A stretch of 61,147 bases of DNA, filler included, from Sphacelaria rigidula (Eukaryota): assembly GCA_964200075.2 (NCBI GenBank). It is 6 parts of 6 records of this genome, joined end to end, with 100 filler letters (N's around TTAATTAATTAA, not from the genome) between each part and the next. Parts side by side here need not be neighbours in the genome. Positions count along the whole stretch, not along the records: positions 10,210 to 20,318 come from CAXNAA020007122.1; positions 20,419 to 30,526 come from CAXNAA020007123.1; 4 more parts are not named here. The stretch is one strand, 5' to 3'. Numbering within the stretch: position 1 is the stretch's first letter; every line of letters starts with the position of its first letter. Shown here in pieces: positions 12,020-23,940 of this stretch. A program made the position numbers and the translations under genes. Below the pieces are notes generated by a model that saw nothing but the letters and a program-made list of their open reading frames with translations, did not search any database and was not told the DNA's origin.

Positions 12020-14300
12020 TCGAGTGTAGCTTGACCGAAAGTCGTAGGAGAAGAATGAACACCGTCGCCGACTGTTTTGCGCTGCGCGGTGCGAATGACA
12101 TCTAACGAGGGCAGCGAATCATCGGCATCACACGGGCTGTACACGGAAACAGAACGAGCAGGCACGGTAGGAACCTTCACCCAGCGAGACAACAAATCTC
12201 CTCGACAGTTGCGCTCTCTAGGAATGTGTTCAATGGCATACCGATATTGGCCTAGTATTCCTTTCCAATTTTCAAGCCGTTGTGCCATGGCCTTCGTCAC
12301 CGATGTCACACACTCTTCGGGGTTACAAATGTACTTGAGATTGCGATGATCGGTGAAAATGCGAACACCACCCCAAAGCAAGTACTCTAGCCTTCGAAAT
12401 GTATCGACTATCGCGAAACCTTCCTTGTCCACTGTCGCCCACCGCAACTGTGAAACCTTTAAACTACCACTCAGAAAAGCCAACGGTTCGTGTGACATGT
12501 TTTCGAGCGCAATGCCACTACTAAACTCTGCGACAGGCACTTGGGTAAAAAAACTACCCCAGTGGAAACCCGAAGCATCTGGAAACAGGAGAACGACGCA
12601 CCCTGGATGAGGATGATACAGCGACACCGCTTGCGCCACCAAATCTTGCGCAGCACGCCATGTCCGTACACGATCCTCCGTCCAAGCGTCCTCCGGAATG
12701 GTACGATTACGCGCCACCCGCTTGGTCCGACGCGAAGCCCCGACCATGAGTTGTTCCAGAAATACTCGAAGCGGAGCAACTACTGCATCAGCTCACTAGC
12801 GTTGAAGACGTCTCATATTGCTCAAACCTTGGATACGGACGGGCTCATGCGAAACAGCACCCTTGGAGTACACCTTACTACACCAAATCACTTCGCGTGC
12901 GAAAAAAGTACACTTATGCGCAGCGACGAACAGACCAACACTCTCCAAGCGGCCAAGAAGAATTTTTGTGCTTGATCGCTAGTATTGCTAGTATTGGCAC
13001 CATACCACATGGTGGTCAAGCAAAGCTAACGGTGCTTGTTCGGTTTCAGCAAAATAGAACACGTCATCCACCCACACTTTACAGTCTAGACCTTGCAAAA
13101 TGTCAGTCAGCACACCTTGGAAATACGCCGTGGCGTTCAACACGCCCTGCGGGACACGAGTAGGCGTAAACAAACCGTCCGGCGTAGCCATCGTGAAGAT
13201 TTCCTGAGCCTTCGGCGCCAGAGGCATCTCCCAATACCCCTGTAGCAGGTCCAACTTGCCGAAGCATTGGGCTCCCAGCAACTCCCGCATGTCTTCTTGG
13301 CTTGGTATCACCCCCGGAGACTGTTCCATTCGCGCGTTCACCGCCTGATAGTCGCTGACCAAACGGAATGTGTCCCTTTTCAGCACCACCATCGCCGGGC
13401 CCGCCCAAACAGCCTGGATGTTACTCACCACTAAACCAAACGCCACCAAAGCTGCGATACATGAGGCAAGCCACCCGGTCTTCACCGGATCGTACCGTCT
13501 GGGCTTGCCTTCACCGCATGTGCCTGGGGCTTGAGCTGCACCCTCATGGGCTCAACGCGCGCTGGCGGATCACCACGCAGCGCACGGCGAAATGTATCTA
13601 CGCGATGAGCCAAAATATCGCGCAGACAATATGCGCCATCGGCGCTCAGGCCCTTCTGCTCGGCCTGCCGCACACTATCCTCAAGCGCACGTTCTCGTGC
13701 ACGTCTCTCTTCTGCTGGGTCTATGAACATGTCCGGCCCCCGATCGACCAAGCGCTCTACCGCCTCATGAGCAGGAGCCTCGTCCTCTTTGGCGCTCTGG
13801 AATGACCGTATGGATACAATCACACGCCTTGCAGCAAGGTAACTGGGATTTTCCACGCCGGTTTGCATCGGCACACCACGCGGACGTAACTTCTCCAACG
13901 CCAGCGGATACAGATCAATCCCAAGCTCCTTCATTGTCGCCATCCCAAATAGAACCACGTTGTCCCTACCGGGCATGACAGCGAACGTAATGGGCTGCAA
14001 CTGCACAGCCCCCCACGGCGTACGCACGTTAACAATAATCGACACCGTTTTGTGTGTACCCGTCACGGGAGCACCCGTGGCGGTCTGCGCCGTTTGCGGT
14101 CCGTTTTCGAACGGAATCCGAAGCTAAGCGCCGCCAAACTGCGAAGACATCTGTTCTAGCAACAACTCCACACCGATCGACGTAAGCGCGGACCCATAAT
14201 CCAGAATAACGCGGGCCATGAACGAACCTGCAGAACCAGGCAAGGATAAATCTGCCCGTAAACATTCAGCCTTGCGATCGACAGGTACCACGCCTGCCGA
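12020..14300 (-). pseudogene. pol: pol (protease-RT-RNase H), disrupted
   Basis: ORF pieces 14124..14360, 13482..14066, 12988..13485 and 11926..12747 carry successive pol motifs. Confidence 0.92.
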
Positions 14301-14739
14301 AGAACCCTGTTCGGTCCCGAGAGTCACCTGACGCCAGGGATGCCCTCCAGCACTTGGCATTGATAGCTGCGAATCGTCGGTCCAACCAGACTAAGTCGCC
14401 GAATATGCAGACGGCGCTGTTACAGCCGTCGCAGCAGTAGGGAATGCAACAGACACGGATCCTGCCTGGCCGATGGGTTGCGAGCTACTCGCTCCAGCAC
14501 TCCCCACCGAAATATTAACACTTCCCACGTACACTGTCCGCCCCACTACGGACGAACCATATGATCCAGAGTCACCACCTGATGGCGTAGTGGAAGAAAC
14601 AGCAGCGGAGGAACCACCATCCGCCGTCGATTGCTTGCTACCGCGGCCGCCGCGCCCGCGTCCCTGACTGGTACGGCCCCAACCACCGTGACAACCGCCC
14701 CGAGATCCTGATAAATCTCGTGCATTGCCCTGTGCCGCG

Positions 14740-15548
14740 CCTTGAGCGCGAGGCGTGGGGCAGTCGTTGGTCATATATGCGGTCTCGCCGTAGTTGTAAC
14801 ACGCGCGAGTGGACGGCTCTCGCGAAGACGGCTGCTATTTCTGTTGCTGTTGCTGTTTGCGGCGCATACCTGCACTTGTTTCATATCGCACCGGCCATGT
14901 GCTTCAATGACCTTCCACTGGTCGGCCGCCTCAAAATATGTTTTTGAATACCACCGTCGGGTTCTTTTCCCAGCCGTCAACATACGCTAGTACGCTTCTA
15001 ACATACGCCTTGAATTCCTGGGGCGAAATCCCGTCCATCAAGGCTATGGAAACCGACTCGGCCGGGCCTGGCAACCAACTCCTGCCCTCCGCACGGTACA
15101 TGGCTTGCACCATCAGGCTCTCTGCAAAAACACTTTCCATATCTGAACTGACCATCATAGCACGATCCCCGACAGATTTTCCCCCGTTTTGCTTCATCGT
15201 AAGTACCCTACGCAGGTCTGCTGCAGCCCGCGCAGCGTCATTCTTTCCACCAGTTGTAGTATACCCGGCATGCTGCTTCACAGCATCAAGCAATTTATCG
15301 GGGGCCATAGCCCGACTGTCCTTGTACATATCTTCGAAACAGCGGTGAATGTAGACAGGAATGAGTTGCCCTATGCCTACTCTCTCATGCCGTGTAATCC
15401 CCTGTGAATTTGCGAGACTCAAACGCTGTATATATTCAAGATATGCTGCGAAAAACACGCGTGATGCCTCCTCTGTCCATACTTTGCCATACTTTGGCGG
15501 CTGTAGTGGCTCACCTAACACCGGCGGCGCTGCTGCCGCTTGAGCCAT
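14740..15548 (-). pseudogene. gag: gag with decayed CCHC zinc knuckle
   Basis: 205-aa ATG ORF 14931..15548 upstream of pol; a downstream frameshifted segment reads CYNYGETAYMTNDCP; homologous to the gag remnant at ~32385-32660. Confidence 0.8.
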
Positions 15549-15745
15549 GTCGTCTATTCCTTAAACACTTCACGGAGAGACTCTTGCCTGACTTGTGCGT
15601 CCTCTAGCTCACGGAGCGCCCCCCCTTGCTGTGCGCTTCAAGCTGGTCTCCTCCTGTCTGCGGGCTAAACTAGCTCTTAGCTGCTGCCCACTTTCCTTCA
15701 ACCCAACTCCTCTGACAGAGTGCCGGAAGAAAAATATCTAGATAT

Positions 15746-16003
15746 TATAGCCTCTGCCAGACGATCTGGACAAGAGGACTATCCACGAGGGACTCCTCCA
15801 GTAGCACTGGCCTCGTGTTCGACGGGTCCTTTCTTCCCACTTGTTATCATCACGGAGTGATCCTCAACAGACCACATCAAGAGCCAGACAGCAAGGGGCC
15901 ACACAGATGAGGGTCGTCAATCCAGGATCCCCTGTCCCCTGCCACTGCTCCAATCATGCATGCGATTATACTGAAACCTACGGCTTGGCATCATTTGGTT
16001 ACA
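15746..16003 (-). repeat. 5' LTR (258 bp) of element 1
   Basis: Begins TGTAACCAAATGATGCC and ends TCTGGCAGAGGCTATA; shares blocks (ggggacaggggatcctgga, ggagtccctcg) and length with the LTR at 36974-37231. Confidence 0.8.
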
Positions 16004-16849
16004 GAATTCATCATTCTGCAGTCTGAAGTGCCGTCGATTTCTCTCCTCGATCTGATAGGTCCACCGCATTTTTCTTGAAAGGCTTCAACTCAAATTATAA
16101 TTAGCGGCGCGCGGACAAAAGATATTTGACACGAAAAATAATCCTTCTCGATCAAAAACATGCGGTCGAAAGGCACGGAGTGGCACTTGACAGCTATCTT
16201 ACAAATCGCCACACCAGATAACACCCGTTCACAGAACCATGCTAGCCCATCGAACTCATTCTCAGCTACCACCACAACCCTGCAGCATTGAGTACGAGTT
16301 GAGCACAGAGGTAGATACACTGTAGTAGTCGGGCATGCCTTGTATATTTTTTGTTGTCGAGAACTTGCGCATCTTATTTCATGGTAGGATCAGCGACGGA
16401 ACTGCGGGGTACGGTGGGCAACCGAGTTGCGGACACGCTCATGGACAGTGCAGGCAGTACAAAGTTGCACGTTGTTGAAGTCCTTTTCACGTCGCATTTT
16501 AAGCACAGATAACTGATAGTCCTGGGCTGTCTGCACTGCACGTGGCCCGCTTAAAACCTAATGTACGAAACACGTACACACGCACTCAAGACACACTGCT
16601 AGCAAGCGTGTAGATAGTGCACACTGTCTGTACTGCACATGAGTGACCATGTACCGTTTCACGAATTCCGTTCTCTTTTTTCGATCGAAAGCTTGAAATC
16701 CGCTCGGACCCAACTCGACAAAAATGAGCTATTTTCGCTCAAATCGATTCCACTGCACCATGTTTTTGGTCGAAGAAAAAAGTGCTAAGTCACGCCCTGA
16801 AACGCTTATTCCCCGCACTGCCGGATGGCAGTTTTAAAGTTGATGTAGA

Positions 16850-17180
16850 GGGTAAGCTAGGCACCTGTTACTGGTATGTGGGACATCTCATACCCTACCG
16901 ATACCGACCTAATCGGTTATTTTCAAATGTCATACCTACGATACCTACGATACCGCGGTATTTCGAGATATCAGTACCTACCGTACCCGCTCAATCAGGT
17001 ATTTTCAAAGCTCATACCTACGATACCTACGATACCACGGTATTTCGAGATACCAGTACCTACCGTACCTGCTCAATCAGGTGTTTCCAAAACTCATAGC
17101 TACGATACCCACGCTTACCACGGTATGAGATACCCCAGTAAACACCGGAGGAACGCTCGGTACGGTACCTTACCTGCGGT
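16850..17180 (+). repeat. Minisatellite-bearing element with 9-bp ACGATACCT arrays (copy 2)
   Basis: Same unit structure as 11476-11890. Confidence 0.9.
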
Positions 17181-19315
17181 TCCCGTGTATTATTGTACGG
17201 TGCGTACACAGCCGGTGCGGTACATACAGCATACGGAGTGCATTCGCCGTTGACTCTGTCCTTCATTACATTTTGTAGGTGGCGCGCGCGGTGGGGTTGA
17301 TCGCCTCGCCGGGTGAAACACAGACACAGAACGTCTTTCATGGGTAAATATGTGGGAATTACTTGCTTTTTTTTTAATGAGATTTCAAGTACGATGTACA
17401 GGTGTTTTGATTCCAAGGCCCCCACATATTTGTAGGTTTGTGTGGGGACTGCCGTGGTTGGCGAATACACGACAGCGGGGGACAACAGCCGTCTTGCATA
17501 GCCGTTCCATGGTGACACCAGCACACCATCTATACCGACAGTAGAACCTACTTGTGCTCACGACTTTCAGCACCACAGACGCTACAGTCGGTGAAATACA
17601 TGATAGTACCGCGAAGTACTCTCTGTGTTGAGAGCAAAGCTGTCAGGTTGCGTACTACTACTGTACTGTCTGGGGTATATGTTTTACTGATAACAATCAT
17701 TCTGAGACGGGGGCTAGCATGTACATGGTAGCCTGGACCAAAGCACGCCATGCTGAGAGTTGTGTGCTGTGCTACCACTGGAGCTCACCCGGTGCCTACC
17801 GAGGACTACCATAAGTAACCAGTAGTTCATTGGGTAGTACATTCCCTATTAGAGTGCATCTGCTGTGTTTCCGAACAGCTGTGGTAGCTGTCCATGAGGG
17901 TGCCTGGGGGAGTCTACCCACGTTTGGTGGCTATGCTAATCCCCTTGTGACATCTACCTTTCTGTTTTTTTTCACTTTTCGTCCGGTGTGCGTTTTTAGC
18001 AGATCTGATGGTTTCGACTTCTTCCTCCCCTTCATCCCATTGAACTTGGGGAAGCTACTTCTCACACGTATTGTTGGCGCCTCTCTTCTTATTTCATTTT
18101 GATATCTTTTGGTTGATTCTTTTTTTTTGTAATGAGTCTGAAGTCTCACAGAAAATGACGACGACTTCACGTCTGGTAAGGAATATCAGGGACGGTATTG
18201 GAAAGACGAGCCTACGTCGGTGACCACGGGTTCAAGAGACCGGATTATTGTGCGGAAATAGATATTAATAAAAACACAGCCAAAAGTAGCTGGGTCGGTT
18301 GCCTGCTGAGCGTGTGCGGTAGGTTCAGCGGTGATCTCCGTGCTACATTACTGCTGTTGCTGATGCCGCTAGCTGGTGGTGGTTCGTCTGTGCACATATT
18401 TGTGTGAGCTTCGGTGCTGTGCGTATGCGTGCCGTGCACCCCCCCCTCGGCCACCCGCAAAATGTAACCATTAAGGACAGAGGCAACGGCGACCACACTC
18501 CGTGTGCTATTTGTACCACACCGTAGAACAGTGCTGTCTATGCTGAGAACAATGCTGTGCGGTAGTGTACTACTGTTTGTGGGATCATAATTTGCCGAAA
18601 ACGATCAATCTGGGCACAAAATTGTAGCGGGGTCGGCTGCCTGCAAGCCGTGCGCGCCATATGTGTCGACTTTCTTGTGCTGTCTGTGACGGGGAACATA
18701 CTGTGCGGTAGTGTATTACTCTCTGTGGGGTATATATTTGCCAAGAACAATCAATCCGTGCACACAAAAGTAGCTGGGTCGGCAGACTGCAAGCTCTGCG
18801 CTACGCGCACGTTATGTGCCGGGTCTGCTGGGCGCGGGTGCATTCAGAAATGGTGTTGGTTGGACCGGCGGGTCTGCACAAGTGTACTCCGGCAATGGTT
18901 CTATTCTGTCGGCAGGTTCTGTTGATCTGCCTGCCCAGGTAGAAATACGCCAGCCGAAAAAGAAGCGCCATAAACATGTTTTTCTTCCATGTGCTTCAAT
19001 AGCTCAGTGGTCGTTACAGCCTTGTTTGAATGCCGTGACCACGAAATGGGCGAAGATAGGCAACCTGTCGGGGAACATAATGAGCCAATAAGAGCCATGG
19101 TTGTATCTTGGGCCATTGCTTGCACGAAATTCCACCTCGAATGGTCGATGAAAGCGACAACTTTTGTTCGAACGCTCTTGTCAACAATAAGACTCACTTA
19201 TTCATCCTGCTCGACACCGTTTTAACCCAGTTATACAAGCTCATCGCGAGTGTGTTACGTCGTCTGACACACCTATGAGCCCCGGTTTTTCGTGAACCTC
19301 CACCCGCCCCACCTA

Positions 19316-19750
19316 TCAAAGCTGGAGTATGCATGAGTCGAAGCTGGAATGTGCAGGAGAACTGTGGGAGGGGAACGCGAAGTTGGTGAAAAACATGGAA
19401 ACAGTACAGATGGCAGCAGCTAAGATAATACTTGGATGCTCAAAAACGACGAGTAATACAGCATCGAGAGCAGAGTTGGGAATGTGCCCAATTAGAACCA
19501 ATGGAGACATGAGGGAGTTGAAGTGGCAATACAGCGTAAGGAGCGTGCCGAGAAAGAGATTGTCAACTATTGTTGATGGGGCCGTATGGAAGAAAATGAC
19601 GAAAGGAAAGCCTGGGATCAAATGGGATAGCGTAGTCGAGAAAGTAGGGAAGGGCAAACGAGGAAACCAAGACGAGATCATGTTCCTAGGTGAATGCAGG
19701 GGGTACAAGGCAATACTAAGGGGCATGGTAGGAATAAGGAAGAGACAAGC
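19316..19750 (+). mobile_element. Non-LTR retrotransposon (LINE) fragment, region C-terminal to RT
   Basis: KLECAGELWEGN..METVQMAAAKIILGCSKTTSNTASRAELG, typical of the post-RT segment of LINE ORF2. Confidence 0.8.
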
Positions 19751-19784
19751 GCGAAGACCAACACCGATAGTAGCCGTTCAATAT

Positions 19785-20198
19785 TCCTGTCAAAAAGTGC
19801 CTTTTGGACCCTTCTCCGTCGTTTTACTCCCGAGAAGAGGACTAGGCGGATGTTGACACCTTGGAATAACGGGTTCTACTCGTGGTGACCGTCCCATAGT
19901 AACTTTGCATTTCCCGCTGGCCGCAGTTTTATTTACGGCCAAACTTACATTTTCAATAGAGAACGGTCACGTGTAAAAACAAAACAGAGGGAAAACTGCG
20001 AGTACTTCAAGCACTTCACCGTTTTGTTGAGGATGAAAGTTTGGCCAAAAACTAAACTACGGCCAGCGGGAAACGCATAGTTGCACTGAAACAATCTCAA
20101 CGAGGAGATCAAGTTATTCCAAGGCGAAAACGTTCGCCTAGCTCTCTTTTCGGGCGTAAAACAATGGGTAAGGGTCCAAAAGGCAGTCTTCAACAGGA
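19785..20198. mobile_element. Foldback MITE family D, copy 1 (~170-bp inverted arms)
   Basis: tcctgtcaaaaagtgccttttggaccct...cccgctggccgcagttt / aaactacggccagcggg...agggtccaaaaggcagtcttcaacagga. Confidence 0.85.
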
Positions 20199-20318
20199 TT
20201 TCTGACCCCCCCCATGAGAGTTTGCTCCGTCTCGAAAGGGATGCGTGGTCAATGGTCAAACGACTAAGGCAAGCAACAAATGAGTAATAACGCAGAAAAC
20301 ACACCCACCGCCGATATC

Positions 20319-20418
20319 NNNNNNNNNNNNNNNNNNNNNNNNNNNNNNNNNNNNNNNNNNNNTTAATTAATTAANNNNNNNNNNNNNNNNNNNNNNNNNN
20401 NNNNNNNNNNNNNNNNNN
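20319..20418. other. Artificial contig linker
   Basis: N44-TTAATTAATTAA-N44. Confidence 0.99.
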
Positions 20419-21853
20419 TTAGTCGTGGGGGTTCGATCCCCGTCACTTTCACTCTGAGGAGGGCGACTCCCCTTGCCAGCGCTCTATCGACAGCCATCAG
20501 GACCTCTAGTGTTGTCGCTTCTCACCGTAACCTTGAGTTACTCGTCTCCCCCACTCTTTCCAGAGTGTGTGCACTGGGGTCCCTAGTAGTCAACTCCAAG
20601 CATAGCCACCAGGCTATAACCCACCCTTTTTATTTACGGTAGCAGTGAGTTAAATACTACGCAGCAGGCTGCTACGAGGGGTCGACGACACGATCAGATT
20701 GCTGATAACACGTAGATTCGAGAATTGACACATGTTTCGACCCCCCAAATACTGTTACAGTTTTCATGTCTCTTTCAGTGCGCGCAGTCACCCCCCTCGC
20801 CCTGTACAGTAGTGCACAATCGACAAGTTTTTTTCCACCACGAGCTGGGCCAGCTGATGATAGTGAATTGTGAATGTATCCGGGCCGGGCGGTGGGTAAT
20901 CCGAAGCGTTGGGCGCTGAAATTTTGGCCCAGTAATTTCATCATCACACTACGCACGACCTTCCCAGGGATGCCAAGAAAAAAATGAAAAGCTAGAGCGA
21001 TTTGAAGTTTCTGCAAAAACTAAAAAAATACTAAAATAATAACTCCGTGAAAATAAAGAAATACGGAGGCATCCCTAGTGTAGTTGTGCGTCCCTTTGTG
21101 GAGGAGATCCTGGTACAATTTCGGCCGAAAATTCCAGAAATTTGGCGCAGCGTCCAACTTTTCGCGTGGCACGGCTGCGCTCGTTTAATCCAAGTGATGC
21201 AGTTGACTCCGGTTAAGGGGGTCATGAGTTCGAATCTCGACGGATTCCTTTTTGTTTTGTTCCGTCGGTTAGGTGATACATAATAGTGGAGTACGTTTTT
21301 TTCTTCTACATTCAGCGGCGGTCCCGTGCATCACCACGTTGGTCTGCAGGTCACACCGATATACTCACGTCGAGTTGATTTGGTATACACTTGGTAAGTT
21401 ATACTCGTAGTGTGACATGCAAAATTTGAAATGCGGGATTTATTGCTGGCCCAGCTCGTACATCCAGACAAAAGGCGAAGAACACAACTCAGCACAGGGG
21501 AGAAATGTTGTGCAGTGTAATTGTGGAATGCTCCTTTTCGACTCCAGCGCCGGCATAGCACCCATGCCGCCGAGCGGGAACGCCCCGCCCAACCCCAACA
21601 CTCTTTCACCGGCAGCGCCCTGGGTCCGCAAAACCGACAGGGCCAGGCAGTATCGTGGAAAAGAAGTATGGAGCAGGTTGATGATCAGCAATTCATTTCT
21701 TAAACATGTAATGTCGAAAATATTTTTCGACAGTTCAAGCTTTTACGAACCCGAGAAAAAAATTGAACAGGGAAAAACTAAATCCGAACAAAGATACGCT
21801 CAGTTGCACAAGACCTGTTATTCATCCTCCCTCCTCGGTGCGCCCTCAACTTA

Positions 21854-22118
21854 AACAGCCCATCATCGAGAGTGAGGATGGAGCTTTTCATTGAGGATCG
21901 CCGAAATTCCCCGAATGAGGTTCTTCACCTGGGACCCCTACATTTTGGTCATCGAAATCCAAATTTGCATGACGTGTACGAGTAGTACTCGTCAGTAGCC
22001 ACCAGTAGGTGAAGATGGAACCATATTTCGAAGATTTGGTGTGGATACGAAGATTCTAATCCTCCGGACTCTCATCCTCAATGAAAAGCTCCATCCTCAA
22101 TTTCGATGATCGGCTGTT
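21854..22118. mobile_element. MITE with ~45-bp terminal inverted repeats
   Basis: aacagcccatcatcgagagtgaggatggagcttttcattgaggat vs atcctcaatgaaaagctccatcctcaatttcgatgatcggctgtt. Confidence 0.85.
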
Positions 22119-22451
22119 GTTACTAGATTCGAGTTCTCCGATAGAAGATGCGATTCCAGCACGCGAAATGACGTGGGACACGATGTAGAAAACTAGCTCA
22201 TCCGCCATTACGTGGACAACTAGCACCATACTGATGTCAAGGACTGTTGTTGAAGAGACGGCAAGGCTGGACTGTTCGAACACGTGAGAGGGATCTTGTG
22301 TGGAATAATAGAGCAATTATTTCATCTTGACCGCTAGTCGGAGTTTATTCCTCCACTCTTCCGGCCTGCAAGTCATTTCGTGTCTGGGGAAACATATGTT
22401 GACCGCGAGTCTAAGAGGCATCATAACCGCTCGCAGGGAAGGGAAAGAGAG

Positions 22452-22689
22452 GGCATTTTCTATGATATAGCCCTGACAAAAGTGCATGAAAACAATGGTC
22501 GTACAGCGCCTGGTGTTTCGGTTCAGGTTGCATGAAGCGCCTCATAAGGGCGACACTGGCGACAACTAACCGAAGCGTGGGAATCCCAAGCTGCTCGTGG
22601 TGCTTGGCTCCTTCCGTTTCGACTTACGTGAACATTTTGCCCTCCCCAAACCAGGCACTTCGAGGGGGGGACTATCGTAGAGAGTGTCA
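22452..22689 (+). mobile_element. MITE family E, copy 1 (TIR TGACACTTTCTACGATAG)
   Basis: Colinear with 38558-38810 and the interrupted copy at 48588-49588. Confidence 0.8.
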
Positions 22690-23940
22690 ACTATTTCGCC
22701 TCCAGTCTGCAAACTCATCCTGAATAAATAAATTATTGGGAAAATCTTCACTTGATTCTGAACAAATTAAATAAAACAAGTTTAAAAATCACCTCTATCA
22801 TGCACAAATTTGTGCCGTGCTTCAGACGCCAAATCGTGACTTCCCTCACCAAAAATAAACATCCTGTAAAAACCGTCTCCCCATTCCATAAAGATGTGCA
22901 CACACACGCAACCGAGCAAAAAGATCAACACGTAACATGTACACTTTTCATCGCCAAAAAAGTAGGCACATATCTACGCGTGTTCAAGGACGACCTCAGC
23001 TCCCACACAACCATTAGTTGTGCAGCCCGCTCACTAATCGCATATCGCATATCCACCCTTTCCAAGAGGCTAGTCCTCGCGAGACGCCACGTGACACAGG
23101 CTGCACTTACGACTCTACAAGTGCCTCATACATGGGAACAGCTCCCTATTGGAACTCATTCCCCACCCAATTTACAACGACAACCCACAGTGCAAAAGTC
23201 GAACACAATATCGTGATTTTGGTACTTTACAGTGGTATTCGGCAAACTGTTCCATTACGCTCCCCACTTCCCCAGAACTCACGACCCAAATCCCGTGTGT
23301 GTACACCTACCCGGGTACATACGAACTTTACATGGACATGACGCAGCACGAAAATCGCACTCAGCGTGGACTGAACACATCACAGTCGCTCCCAACAATG
23401 AAACAAGAATGAATCATGCACAAGCACCGAAGCTACGCAAGAGTGGTTTGCAGTCCTCAAGATAACCGCACGAGCAGCCGAGGGCCGCGACAGAAAAGAA
23501 GAAAACACCCACCCTCCAACAACAAAGTCATCATCGGTCATCCGCACAAAGACTACTCGTCTTTTTTTCTCTTTTTTTCTTCAAAAATTGACAGAACACA
23601 ATAATACGGCGTACTAGTTATATATTTCCCACCATGTGAATCCCCATACCAAGCAAACAGTTTCACCAGTAAACTGCACGCGTCCACTCCGAAACACCCA
23701 CTTCAGGTGTTCCGGTCGTAGACTCACAGCTCACATACTCGTTTCCTAGAAAACCCAACATGTTATCTTGACTCTGCAACAGTGGAAATATGCATCGGCT
23801 ACCTATTTGATTTACATCTCTAACGCTCCTCATGTAGAGGCCAAAACTATCAGGCCCGCCCACTCCGCCCTTCCCCCATAACAATGTAACAATAGCAAGG
23901 TAAGAAGAAGCAGCTTGAACTTGGGAGGCGAAAAACTTAC

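Larger units (their letters stand above)
12020..16003 (-). mobile_element. Ty3/gypsy (chromovirus-like) LTR retrotransposon, 3'-truncated and degenerate (5' LTR, gag, protease, RT, RNase H; integrase absent)
   Basis: Protease ARVILDYGSALTSI; RT FGKLDLLQGYWEMPL..PTRVPQGVLNATAYFQ..KVWVDDV; RNase H FPDASGFHWG..WATVDKEGFAIV..FTDHRNL; multiple frameshifts and stops. Confidence 0.95.

Noticed and set aside
11476..17180. ACGATACCT-rich direct repeats as the LTR pair of element 1
   Set aside because: They lack TG...CA ends, and the real LTR is identifiable at 15746-16003 by homology to 36974-37231
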